Below are positions 11,101 to 20,322 of a DNA stretch of 64,000 bases, in pieces. The translations under genes and the position numbers were made by a program. Source of the stretch: Candidatus Atelocyanobacterium thalassae. GTDB lineage: Bacteria > Cyanobacteriota > Cyanobacteriia > Cyanobacteriales > Microcystaceae. The stretch spans positions 32,001 to 96,000 of the forward strand of contig JBFPLN010000006.1 in NCBI GenBank assembly GCA_051971635.1, written 5' to 3'. Below the pieces are notes generated by a model. The model did no database searches and was not told the DNA's origin. It was given only the letters and a program-made list of their open reading frames with translations. How positions within the stretch are numbered: position 1 is the first letter of the stretch; every line of letters starts with the position of its first letter.

Positions 11101-11718
11101 TTCTTCCCTATCCCTAACTTCTTCCAAAGTTTCTTTTGTTTTATTGATTTTTCGATCAAATTCTGCTACCCCAGCAAGTTCGTCAATAATAATTCGCCTT
11201 TCTTTAGAGTTCATACTAATAATGTTAGTAACATCTCCTTGCAGAACGACATTATATCCTTCAGGATAAATACGAAAGCGATTTAATTCCTCATGAAGCT
11301 CATTAACATTACAGGATCTTTCATTAATATAATAATTAGAAGAATAACTTCCTCCTTTTGTAACACGTAAGCGTCTTGTCACCTTCCACTCATTCTTATT
11401 GGTTGTACTGTCTCCTTTTTGTACTGTTTTTAATGATACTTTTGAACTTGAATAATCAGAAATGTCAAATGTAACAGAAACGTAGGCTTCTCGACTATTA
11501 CGATTACTGTTACTATGATTGATTAGATCTGGTAATCTTTCAGCTCTTAATCCTTTAGAAGTGGCTAAACCAAGACAAAATAATAATGCATCTAAGATGT
11601 TAGATTTACCTGAACCGTTAGGACCAGATACTACGGTAAATCCAGGTAAAAATGGAATAGATGTAGTTCCACCAAAAGATTTAAAATGAGATAGTTCAAT
11701 GCGCTTAATATGAACCAT
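8128..11718 (-). CDS. smc: chromosome segregation protein SMC (start refined to MVHIKRIELSHFKSF)
   Basis: Walker A GPNGSGKSN, coiled coils, hinge GRATFLPL and GAMTGG, signature MSGGEKSL, Walker B FYAFDEVD. Confidence 0.97.
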   Translation of the reverse strand: MVHIKRIELSHFKSFGGTTSIPFLPGFTVVSGPNGSGKSNILDALLFCLGLATSKGLRAERLPDLINHSNSNRNSREAYVSVTFDISDYSSSKVSLKTVQKGDSTTNKNEWKVTRRLRVTKGGSYSSNYYINERSCNVNELHEELNRFRIYPEGYNVVLQGDVTNIISMNSKERRIIIDELAGVAEFDRKINKTKETLEEVRDREERCKIIQVELEKSLERLAADRIKAEKYQKLKQEISKRKEWEAILLWKSLLKKISNLKIQKLNDEESEKNLTEINLDLKTRLGKINVDLKSLNFQVKALGEDERLIIASNLATYKAQLYQLQKQKKESFCTIETIRLEEKEIAKIILQRERELAVLNQNSNKLQQDLLPLLKEQKSRSYNTLQKVRKQASIIAETSDSWIKEQGNLNIKIASLQNKLNPQLAQKAKLTERYQQILNNLEKEEEQLKESEEEIYLQHKELEKLSSSDTEETQNIIKILDIEKRDHNIKEETQLRLNKEYREKQRQVDRLEASRQAKQEIQGTYASKFILNSDLSGVCGLVAELGQVDTRYQLALEIAAGSRLGHVVVENDTIAIAGINILKKAKAGRATFLPLTKIRSYSQQGNHNLKNTPGFIGLAVELVICNPEYEKVFSYIFNNTAVFETIDYAKKCLGKQRIVTLDGDLLEASGAMTGGSKPQRSSIRFGILNQGEPEEIKIFKQRLIDIENLVFKNEENIQIGAKKIKYLSDKLIKAQQLEREQQLKHQQVIKEIEKLKKYRKDLEFKISNHKEEEKNLENELTDIKNTSFLLEEELSEKQKQIKNIEKTHSHSEWQEIQVLIKDQENHLQDREVELSRGKEKFQEIRNQITSMKHKIHEDELKVKLNQQHILDIENQQIDIKDKIHKLSIEIESLEVSLEQLNRTLHDTKTKRDCLEEKCKILEKEYQSNIWTLEKLQTKQKERQKTLSILEKEEEIVKSNLPDPLPEVSWLSELNESLDDLLSHTEKLQKEIYKKQKYLESMEPVNMLALEEYAKVQERLNELTNKLVIIEEERTELLLRIENFTTLRLRSFKESFDTVNDNFKKIFATLSQGDGHLQLDDEEDPFKGGLNLVAHPKGKPVQRLSSMSGGEKSLTALSFIFSLQQYRPSPFYAFDEVDMFLDGANVERLSQMIHKQAQKAQFIVVSLRRPMIEASQRTIGVTQARGAHTQVLGIKL

Positions 11719-11756
11719 GGCGCGATAGTAGTAATGCAATCGAAAAAATTAGAAGT

Positions 11757-11786
11757 AATTTAGATATAATTTTATATATCTAAATT
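11757..11786. repeat. 12-bp perfect inverted repeat between ispE and smc
   Basis: aatttagatata-6nt-tatatctaaatt. Confidence 0.55.
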
Positions 11787-11966
11787 TAAAAGACTCTTTC
11801 AAAGATATATAGGTTGCTAATAACTCATAAAAATTGAAAGAACCTTTAAATAATATTTATAAGCTTTTTAAAAAACTTATATTTAACATAAACCATATAA
11901 ATGATTATAGATGATTTTTCGAACTATTTAGTTTTAGGTCTTTATATTTGTTTGTATAAAAATATA

Positions 11967-12911
11967 TTAACTTTTTATTACTTTTATACCGCTATTTGAA
12001 AACTTACTTATAAATAATTCTAGATTAGAATCTTGAAGAGTTTGTTTGATTGAATTCCTGATGTTTTGGGCTTCTTCGTAAGATTGACATAATGTAAATA
12101 TAGTGGGGCCTGATCCTGACATCATAGTACCTAAACCACCTGCTTTCTTCATGAAAAACTTCAATTCAGTAATTGATAAGTGTTCAGATAACACAGCTTT
12201 TTCTAAATCATTATGTAATGATTCTCCAATCTTTTTACCATTTTTATCACCAATAGCATTAACAAGAGATTTAAAGTTATTATTTTCACTGTCATTATCA
12301 ACTTTTTCATATTTTTCATAATGCTTACCAAATCGCTCTTTATAGTTTTGGTAAGCCCAAGGAGTAGAAATAGAAAAATTTTGATATTTTGCTAAAACTA
12401 TCCATAGGTTATCTAGACTTTCTATTGATTCTAATATTTCACCTTTTCCTCTAGCGATCGCAGTTCCTCCATTAATACAAAATGGAACATCAGAGCCTAA
12501 GCTTGCTGCTAATTCCTGCAATTCAGTTGTATTTAATTTCAGTTTCCACAATAAATTTAATGCTAATAAAACTGCGGCTCCGTCAGTTGATCCTCCTGCT
12601 AATCCAGCAGCTACAGGTATACACTTATTAATAACAATATCAATTCCTCCATAATTATCAAAAGATTTGGGGAATTTTTTGATAATTATTTGAGTAGCAC
12701 GATAAGTAATATTCGTTTCATTTAAAGGAACTAAGGAGTTATTACAATATAGATTAATATCTGTAGTTCCATTAAAGTTTATTCTAATATAATCACTTAA
12801 TTCAATGCTCTGTAAAACCATTATTAACTCATGATAGTGATCAGCTCTTTCGCCAAGAATTTCTAGAAACAGATTAATCTTAGCTGGAGCAGCTAAGTTA
12901 CAAATTTTCAT
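11967..12911 (-). CDS. ispE: 4-diphosphocytidyl-2-C-methyl-D-erythritol kinase
   Basis: APAKINLFL, IPVAAGLAGGSTDGAA, LGSDVPFC and MMSGSGPT GHMP motifs. Confidence 0.96.
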   Translation of the reverse strand: MKICNLAAPAKINLFLEILGERADHYHELIMVLQSIELSDYIRINFNGTTDINLYCNNSLVPLNETNITYRATQIIIKKFPKSFDNYGGIDIVINKCIPVAAGLAGGSTDGAAVLLALNLLWKLKLNTTELQELAASLGSDVPFCINGGTAIARGKGEILESIESLDNLWIVLAKYQNFSISTPWAYQNYKERFGKHYEKYEKVDNDSENNNFKSLVNAIGDKNGKKIGESLHNDLEKAVLSEHLSITELKFFMKKAGGLGTMMSGSGPTIFTLCQSYEEAQNIRNSIKQTLQDSNLELFISKFSNSGIKVIKS

Positions 12912-13039
12912 ATTGTTTGCCCGTAAATAATTTCTAACATAATAATACTAATAAAATTTAGAAATCATGGATTCCTATCCTAAATTATATTTTTATTATT
13001 AAATATACCAAAAATACTTTTTCTATCTTTATCTAGTAA

Positions 13040-13441
13040 TTACGATTTGAGTCTCTCTAGCTCGACAATATAAAATTCTCCGATATCCTTATCCCCAATA
13101 AAGATAGGCTGATATACAATTTCTCCTTTTATTTTTATTGTTTTTCCTATCTCAGGAATTTCATCAAAGGTTTTTAGGACCCATATTGTTCCAGTTTTAT
13201 CTTGAAGCTGGTAAGAACTACCATCTAAAAAAATGGCATAATCTACAACTTTTCCTTTGAAATAAGCAACTTTATGAACCAAATTAGTAGTCATTGGTTT
13301 CTTATCAAAAACTTTTTGAATGGGAGTAATCGAAGCTTGAAAAAGATTAAAATAGTTTATTATTGTATATCCAATCACTGTTCCTACCACAACAAGTAAT
13401 AGAATGATAGTATTAACTTTTTTGATATTTAAAATTTTCAT
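13040..13441 (-). CDS. membrane-anchored OB-fold-like hypothetical protein
   Basis: N-terminal TM; GKVV...YQLQDKTGTIWV...KIKGEI pattern typical of OB folds. Confidence 0.65.
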   Translation of the reverse strand: MKILNIKKVNTIILLLVVVGTVIGYTIINYFNLFQASITPIQKVFDKKPMTTNLVHKVAYFKGKVVDYAIFLDGSSYQLQDKTGTIWVLKTFDEIPEIGKTIKIKGEIVYQPIFIGDKDIGEFYIVELERLKS

Positions 13442-13839
13442 TAAGTGACAAGAACTATAAAGTTGTATTGATTATTTTAAAACACTTTATTTAGAAAATA
13501 GAACATAATAAAATATTCCTTATTCTTAGTAAAGTTTATATTTTTTGGAACTTAAATACTAGTATAAAAAAAGTTTGGAAAGAATTTAAATAAGATATAA
13601 GATTATACATAAGGATAAACTTATATCTATAAAACTTGTCTTTATGTCGAACTCGATACTTTTTTTAGATTAGTAGTTAGCCTATAGATTTTTAGATTAA
13701 ATTTGAGATATTTAATTAATTTATTTTTAGGAAATCAAAGAAAAAATTAAAATTGGAATGTAATCATAGTTTTAGTTTCATATTTTTCTTAAAATAGTTA
13801 TCATCATTTATAGATATTTGTGAGGATAAACTGAATTCG

Positions 13840-15138
13840 ATGAATACAATAAGCACACTACCAGGAACACGAGATATTTTGCCAGAAGAAATTGGTTATT
13901 GGCAATATGTAGAAGCTGCAATAGCTAAAATTCTTGGTCGTGCAATGTATCATGAAATTCGTTCTCCAATATTTGAAAATACTTCTTTATTTGAAAGAGG
14001 GATAGGAGAGGCTACAGATGTAGTAAGTAAAGAAATGTATACCTTTTCTGATCGTAGTGATCGTCTAGTGACACTTCGACCTGAAGGAACTGCAGGAATT
14101 GTACGTGCTTACTTACAAAACAATTTATATGCCTTGGGTGGGGTTCAACGTCTTTGGTATTCTGGCCCTATGTTTCGTTATGAAAGGCCACAAGCTGGCC
14201 GTCAAAGACAGTTTCATCAAATTGGATTAGAGTTAATTGGGGCGGGAGGTCCTAAAGCAGATGTAGAGGTTATTGCTTTAGCAACAGATATTCTAAAATT
14301 TTTAGGATTAAAAAAATTAAAGTTAAATATTAACTCTATAGGCGACCAATGTGATAGAAGTCTTTACCGAGAAGCATTAACCAATTATTTCCTATCTTAT
14401 AAAGAAGAGTTAGATATTGATTCTCAAAATCGTTTAATGAAGAATCCTTTACGGATTTTAGATAGTAAGAATGAAAAAACTAAAGAAATCAACAAGAATG
14501 CTCCCAATATCTTACACTTTCTTAGCAAAGAATCTCAAAAACACTTTGATGAAGTACAGCAATTATTAACAGATTTAAATATCGATTATCATATTAATCC
14601 ATATCTTGTTAGAGGTTTAGATTACTATACACATACTGCGTTTGAAATTCAGTCTGATGATTTAGGTTCTCAATCTACAGTATGCGGAGGTGGAAGATAT
14701 GATCGATTAATTGAAGAACTTGGTGGAGTATCAACTCCTGCCGTAGGTTGGGCTATAGGAGTAGAAAGATTAATTATTTTACTTAAACAAATTAAATCCC
14801 CTCCTGAACATACTCCTGATATTTATATTATTTCAAAGGGTCAAAAAGCAGAGTCAATTGGGTTGTATTTAGCTCAAAAGTTACGCTATGAAGAATTAGT
14901 TGTTGAGCTAGACATGAGTGGAAGTAACTTTGGAAAACAATTTAAAAGAGCAGATCGTAGTAGAGCATATGTTTGTATAGTTATTGGTGAAGAAGAAGCA
15001 GAAAATAATACATTACAGCTGAAATGGTTATACACTAAGGAACAGGAGACTATGACTAAATTAAACTTCTTATCCTACATTACAAAATTGAAAAGCCAAA
15101 TAAATAAACATAAAGAAATAGATTCGAGTCTCACGTAA
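13840..15138 (+). CDS. hisS: histidyl-tRNA synthetase
   Basis: PGTRD, LRPEGTAG, FRYERPQAGRQRQFHQ, LVRGLDYY and GGGRYD. Confidence 0.98.
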   Translation: MNTISTLPGTRDILPEEIGYWQYVEAAIAKILGRAMYHEIRSPIFENTSLFERGIGEATDVVSKEMYTFSDRSDRLVTLRPEGTAGIVRAYLQNNLYALGGVQRLWYSGPMFRYERPQAGRQRQFHQIGLELIGAGGPKADVEVIALATDILKFLGLKKLKLNINSIGDQCDRSLYREALTNYFLSYKEELDIDSQNRLMKNPLRILDSKNEKTKEINKNAPNILHFLSKESQKHFDEVQQLLTDLNIDYHINPYLVRGLDYYTHTAFEIQSDDLGSQSTVCGGGRYDRLIEELGGVSTPAVGWAIGVERLIILLKQIKSPPEHTPDIYIISKGQKAESIGLYLAQKLRYEELVVELDMSGSNFGKQFKRADRSRAYVCIVIGEEEAENNTLQLKWLYTKEQETMTKLNFLSYITKLKSQINKHKEIDSSLT

Positions 15139-15267
15139 AAACTGAATTAACTAATAAACAGTGTTACTTTAATTCTTTTACAAAATAATTAAGAACTTTT
15201 TTCCGATTTAGATTGTTTTAGCTACAATATTTTCAATATGCTTTATAAGCTATACAGAAAAAAATAA

Positions 15268-15340
15268 TAAATATCTAATGATGTAGAACAGATTAAAAGT
15301 TTTTAAAGCTTTTAATCTGTCCTACATCATTAGATATTTA
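15268..15340 (-). terminator. 32-bp inverted repeat closing the carbamoyltransferase operon and hisS
   Basis: taaatatctaatgatgtagaacagattaaaag / cttttaatctgtcctacatcattagatattta; the single mismatch is G-U on the minus strand. Confidence 0.8.
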
Positions 15341-15388
15341 TATTAAACCAGTGATATGCAAATTTTAAAAAATTGGATAAATAATGAC

Positions 15389-15550
15389 TTAAAATAGAGT
15401 GTAGATAAAAGGTGCTATTACCGAACCTTGCGTAAATACAATTAGTGCCCCTAATACTACTAAAGTGATTATCAAAGGAGCTAACCAAAATTTTTTGCGC
15501 TCATTGAGAAAGCCCCAAATATCTCTAATAAATTCAATAAATCCAATCAT
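15389..15550 (-). CDS. SxtK-like / DUF5989-type small membrane protein, 53 aa, absent from the ORF track
   Basis: Hand translation MIGFIEFIRDIWGFLNERKKFWLAPLIITLVVLGALIVFTQGSVIAPFIYTLF*; ERKKFWLAP and APFIYTLF signatures; TAATG overlap with upstream gene. Confidence 0.88.
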   Translation of the reverse strand: MIGFIEFIRDIWGFLNERKKFWLAPLIITLVVLGALIVFTQGSVIAPFIYTLF

Positions 15551-15960
15551 TAATAAGGCTTCTCCATACTTGTTTTGCTTTTAGGTATACTAAATATACG
15601 ATAACTTTCGGTTTTAAATTGAAATTTTCTTCTCATTGCATCATATTTAAGAATTTTCACAAGGAACCCCATAGGAGTTACTACCACAAAAAAAATAATT
15701 CCTAAAATTAATCTACTGTTGATCCATGAAGCTATTTTTGCAAATAGCATCCATCCTTCATAAATTGGTGAAAGAAGATTTGGAGAAACAATAGAAAAAA
15801 TAAGAAAAATTCCGCCAATTATCCAGAAAATTACAGAATAGGAATATTCTAGTAGCATGGGAAGAAAAGAACCAAAAAATAGGATAAAAATAACTCCCAT
15901 TAGTATTCCGAAAGACATTAACTTTTTATTATTCGTTTTTTGATGCATATAATGAAACAT
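15550..15960 (-). CDS. SxtJ-family membrane protein
   Basis: KKLMSFG, PIYEGWM, INSRLILGIIFFVVVTPMG and C-terminal MEKPY; directly after the carbamoyltransferase. Confidence 0.85.
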   Translation of the reverse strand: MFHYMHQKTNNKKLMSFGILMGVIFILFFGSFLPMLLEYSYSVIFWIIGGIFLIFSIVSPNLLSPIYEGWMLFAKIASWINSRLILGIIFFVVVTPMGFLVKILKYDAMRRKFQFKTESYRIFSIPKSKTSMEKPY

Positions 15961-15978
15961 ACTTTTATTATTTAAAAA

Positions 15979-17820
15979 TTAATCTAATTCAAACTCATTT
16001 TGCCAGGATTTATCATTTTTCCATTGGTTTTGATCTACTTTTTTTAGTATATAGTTATTAATTATCAAATAGTCCATCTCGGTCCTCATGAAGCATCGGT
16101 AAGCGTCCTCAGGTGTACAAACAATAGGCTCACCTCTTACATTAAAAGATGTATTGATTAAAACTCCACATCCTGTTAGAGCCTCAAATTGTTTAATCAA
16201 CTTATAATATCTCGAATTTTTCGTAGGATTAACTGTTTGTACCCTAGCTGAGTAATCAACATGAGTAACTGCAGGAATAGTTGATCGAATTGCCTTTAAT
16301 TTATCTATGCCAAACAAGTTTTCAGTTTTTTCTTGATCATAGACGTGTAGTTCTTTTTTAACTTTAGCGACTAACAGCATATAGTCACTAGATTTTTCCA
16401 ATTCAAAGTACTTTGAAGTTTTTTCTGTTAATACAGAAGGTGCAAAAGGGCGAAAAGATTCCCTATATTTAATTTTCAGATTCATAATGGACTGCATCTC
16501 TCGATTTCGTGGATCACCAAGAATGGAACGATTTCCCAGTGCTCGAGGACCAAACTCCATACGTCCCTGAAACCAGCCTACAACATATCCTTTAGATAGA
16601 ATTGATGCTACCTCGTTGAGAAGATTATCTTCTTCTATAAAGTAATCATACTTAGCTTTTACGTTATCAAGATACTCTCGGACTTCATCATCATCAAATT
16701 GAGGACCTAGATAAGAACCTTGCATCATATCAGAGTTACTTATGTAACGTTGGTTATCAAGATACTGATACCAAACTGCTAATGCGGCACCAACGGCACC
16801 ACCAGCATCTCCGGCCGCAGGTTGTATCCAAATATTTTTGAATTTTCCTTGCTCAGATATCTTTCCGTTAGCAACACAGTTTAAGGCAACTCCACCAGCC
16901 AAACAAAGGTTATCTATCTTTAGTTCTTGGTAAGCTGTGTTAGTTAGCCTCAAAATTACTTCTTCAGTTACTTTTTGAATAGAAGCAGCAATATCCATTT
17001 CATGTTGTGTAATTTTATTTTCTGCTTTACGAGGAGGGTGCCCAAAAAGATTAGAAAATTTATTACTAATCATTTTTAATCCCGTTGCATAATTGAAATA
17101 CTTCATGTTTAGGCGAAAGCTACCATCTGTTTTTATATCGATTAGATTCTCTAAAATTAAATTAAAATATCTTGGTTCTCCATAAGGGGCTAATCCCATT
17201 AGCTTATACTCTCCAGAATTAACCTTAAATCCAGTATAGTAAGTAAAAGCAGAATATAATAATCCTAAAGAATGAGGAAAATGAAGTTCCCATTTAGGTG
17301 TTATCTTATTCGATTCTCCAAGCCATAAAGATGTTGTTGCCCATTCTCCAACAGCATCTAAACATAAGATTGCTGCATTTTCAAAGGGACTAGGGAAAAA
17401 AGCAGAGGCAACGTGTGATTGATGATGTTCTGTAAATAATAGAGGAGGAAGTTGATTAACTTTACAATTATCTAGTCTTGCCAACTCTTTTTTAAGAATT
17501 GTTTTTAAGTAAAGTTTTTCCTTTAGCCATACTGTCATGGCAGAAACGAAAGAATAGAATCCTTGAGGAGCATATGCTATGTAAGTTTCTAAAAGACGCT
17601 CAAAAGTTATTAAAGGCTTCTCGTAAAAAACAATATAATCTAATTTTCTCAGAGGTATTTTTGCTTCTTCTAATACATAAGCAATAGCATTTTTAGGAAA
17701 TGTTGCATCATGTTTTTTACGAGTAAATCTTTCTTCTTGTGCAGCAGCAATAATACTACCTGACTTTACCAAAGCCGCTGCACTATCGTGGTAGTAAGCA
17801 GAAATTCCTAAAATGTTCAT
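15979..17820 (-). CDS. O-carbamoyltransferase (NodU/CmcH/TobZ/SxtI family)
   Basis: GISAYYHDSAA, EHHQSH, EYKLMGLAPYG, AGGVALNC, QPAAGDAG, GRMEFGPRALGNRS, RESFRPFAP and NTSFN; GAGG RBS. Confidence 0.95.
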   Translation of the reverse strand: MNILGISAYYHDSAAALVKSGSIIAAAQEERFTRKKHDATFPKNAIAYVLEEAKIPLRKLDYIVFYEKPLITFERLLETYIAYAPQGFYSFVSAMTVWLKEKLYLKTILKKELARLDNCKVNQLPPLLFTEHHQSHVASAFFPSPFENAAILCLDAVGEWATTSLWLGESNKITPKWELHFPHSLGLLYSAFTYYTGFKVNSGEYKLMGLAPYGEPRYFNLILENLIDIKTDGSFRLNMKYFNYATGLKMISNKFSNLFGHPPRKAENKITQHEMDIAASIQKVTEEVILRLTNTAYQELKIDNLCLAGGVALNCVANGKISEQGKFKNIWIQPAAGDAGGAVGAALAVWYQYLDNQRYISNSDMMQGSYLGPQFDDDEVREYLDNVKAKYDYFIEEDNLLNEVASILSKGYVVGWFQGRMEFGPRALGNRSILGDPRNREMQSIMNLKIKYRESFRPFAPSVLTEKTSKYFELEKSSDYMLLVAKVKKELHVYDQEKTENLFGIDKLKAIRSTIPAVTHVDYSARVQTVNPTKNSRYYKLIKQFEALTGCGVLINTSFNVRGEPIVCTPEDAYRCFMRTEMDYLIINNYILKKVDQNQWKNDKSWQNEFELD

Positions 17821-18435
17821 TTTAAATTTAGTTCCTCACCTTAATTTGATAAAACATAACTCATTGCAAAAAATTTTAGATTATATAAAATTCTAATATT
17901 TTAATTAATCGACGAACCATAGCTTTAATTTAAAAAAATAAATTTTAAATACAATTATTTTTTATTTAAAATAATATTGACATTGTTCAAATATAACCTA
18001 ATCTTTCTTCTTAAATAACCGAAATTATTAAAATAGAGGAAATATTTTGTTTAATTATAATTTTTTATACAAATTAAAATATAATTAATTTATTACACAA
18101 ACCTTCAAAATATTTTTTTATTTAGGTTTGTTTTTAGAAATATATTAACTAGTAATTAAGTAGAAAAACCATAGCATATATAAGATTGAAATATATCATT
18201 TCAAAAGAGTTAGATTTTATCTAACAATATAGAATTTTAAAAAGACGTAATCGTTTGGTCCATAAAATATAAAATGATTCTTAAAAAAAAATCTAGCAAT
18301 GGAGAACATAATCAAATTTTGTATAAATAGAGGACAATAAAAAATATTCTTAGTTTTTGTTATTTGGGTATTCAATCTTTTCAATCCTATTAAAGATTAA
18401 TATAATAATATTTAATATTTCAATTTAAATTTTAG

Positions 18436-20223
18436 ATGCGAACTCATTACTGTAATCAATTAGGTACGATAGATCTTGATACGATTGTTACTCTTTTCGG
18501 ATGGGTTGATCGCCGTCGAGATCATGGAGGAGTTATTTTTATTGATTTGCGAGACCATACTGGTATTATTCAGATCGTCAGTGACCCAAAACATGATTCC
18601 CTATCTTATAAAACTGCCGAGAGATTGCGTAACGAATATGTTATTAAGATTATAGGTAGAGTTAGTCGGCGTCCTTCAGAATCTTTGAATTCGAAAATTA
18701 AGACTGGAGAATTTGAAATATATGCAGATTCTATTGAGATACTTAACGGAGTTACTAAACAGCTTCCCTTTAGTATTTCAGGTTTAGACGAAGAGTTGAT
18801 AAAAGAAGAAACTCGTCTTAAATATCGTTACTTAGATTTAAGACGAGAAAAAATGTTAAAGAATTTACAGTTACGCCACAAAGTAATAAAGACAATACGT
18901 CACTATCTAGAAGATAACCAAAACTTTATGGAAGTAGAAACTCCTATTTTGACCAGATCTACACCTGAGGGAGCACGAGATTATTTGGTTCCTTCTAGAG
19001 TTAGTTCTGGACAATGGTATGCTTTACCTCAATCTCCCCAGTTGTTCAAACAGATGCTTATGGTATCAGGTTGTGATCGTTACTATCAGATAGCAAGATG
19101 CTTTCGTGATGAAGATTTAAGAGCTGATCGACAGCCAGAATTTACGCAACTAGACATGGAAATGAGTTTTATGTCTGAAGAGGAGATATTAGACTTAAAT
19201 GAAGGTTTAATTTGTCATATATTCAAAACTATTAAAAATGTAGAACTATCTCGTCCTTTTCCTCGTTTAACATATCAACATGCTATGGAAAAATACGGGA
19301 CAGACTGTCCAGATACTCGCTTTGATTTAACTTTAGTTGATGTATCTGAAATATTCCAAGATAGTGAATTTAAAGTATTTTCAGAAGCAGTTAGGAATTT
19401 AGGGAGCATAAAAGTTTTGCCTATCCCTGAAGGAAATAATATTATCTCTAATGTCCGAATTAAGTCAGGTGGGGACTTGTTTCAAGAGGTAATAGAAGTA
19501 GGCGGGAAAGGAATCATTTATATTCGAGTAAAAGAAGATTATAAAATAGAAGCTATTGGAGCCGTAAAAGACAATTTAACTGATGAGCAAAAAAAAGTTT
19601 TATTAGAGAAAACAGGTGCTAAGCCTGGCCATCTATTATTAATTAGTGCCGGAAGCACAGTAATGGTTAATAAATCTTTATCCCGTTTAAGATTAATAAT
19701 TGGGAAACAAATGAATCTTATTAATAAAAATAAAATGAATTTATTGTGGGTTACAGAGTTTCCGTTATTTGAATGGAATTCTGATGAACAACGCTTAGAA
19801 TCATTACATCATCCATTTACTTGTCCTAATTTGTCAGACTTAGAAAATCTGCCTACAGCTAGAGCACAAGCTTATGATTTGATATTTAATGGGATAGAAG
19901 TTGGTGGTGGAAGTTTAAGGATTTATAAAAGGGATCTTCAAGAAAATATATTTAAAGCTATTGGTTTATCGAAAGAGGAAATTCATAATAAATTTCAATT
20001 TATATTAGATGCTTTTGAATATGGAGCCCCTCCTCATGGAGGAATAGCTTATGGACTAGACCGGTTAGTAATGTTATTGGCAGAAGAAGACTCTATTCGT
20101 GATGTCATAGCATTTCCAAAAACTCAACAAGCAAGCTGTCTACTTACAGATTCTCCTTCTTTTGTAGACTCTAAACAATTGAAAGAATTACAAGTAACTT
20201 CAACCTATCAGTCTAAAAATTAG
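18436..20223 (+). CDS. aspS: aspartyl-tRNA synthetase
   Basis: [49 protein letters not shown] and [14 protein letters not shown]. Confidence 0.98.
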   Translation: MRTHYCNQLGTIDLDTIVTLFGWVDRRRDHGGVIFIDLRDHTGIIQIVSDPKHDSLSYKTAERLRNEYVIKIIGRVSRRPSESLNSKIKTGEFEIYADSIEILNGVTKQLPFSISGLDEELIKEETRLKYRYLDLRREKMLKNLQLRHKVIKTIRHYLEDNQNFMEVETPILTRSTPEGARDYLVPSRVSSGQWYALPQSPQLFKQMLMVSGCDRYYQIARCFRDEDLRADRQPEFTQLDMEMSFMSEEEILDLNEGLICHIFKTIKNVELSRPFPRLTYQHAMEKYGTDCPDTRFDLTLVDVSEIFQDSEFKVFSEAVRNLGSIKVLPIPEGNNIISNVRIKSGGDLFQEVIEVGGKGIIYIRVKEDYKIEAIGAVKDNLTDEQKKVLLEKTGAKPGHLLLISAGSTVMVNKSLSRLRLIIGKQMNLINKNKMNLLWVTEFPLFEWNSDEQRLESLHHPFTCPNLSDLENLPTARAQAYDLIFNGIEVGGGSLRIYKRDLQENIFKAIGLSKEEIHNKFQFILDAFEYGAPPHGGIAYGLDRLVMLLAEEDSIRDVIAFPKTQQASCLLTDSPSFVDSKQLKELQVTSTYQSKN

Positions 20224-20322
20224 AAAAATTAACGAAAGAAAATTAATTATTTTTTATTAAAATTTAATTTATTTTATCTAGATCACAATTAAGAAGAATC
20301 ACAAGTAATCATTCTATGGTCA

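Noticed and set aside
11719..11739. Longer ORF-track starts for smc, adenosine deaminase (54427) and thrB (58616)
   Set aside because: Family homology begins at downstream ATGs (11718, 54352, 58553); the extensions look like non-coding AT-rich sequence
15389..17820. Saxitoxin biosynthesis cluster
   Set aside because: Only sxtI/J/K-like genes are present; no sxtA, sxtG, sxtB or other core genes in the window, and such trios also occur outside toxin clusters
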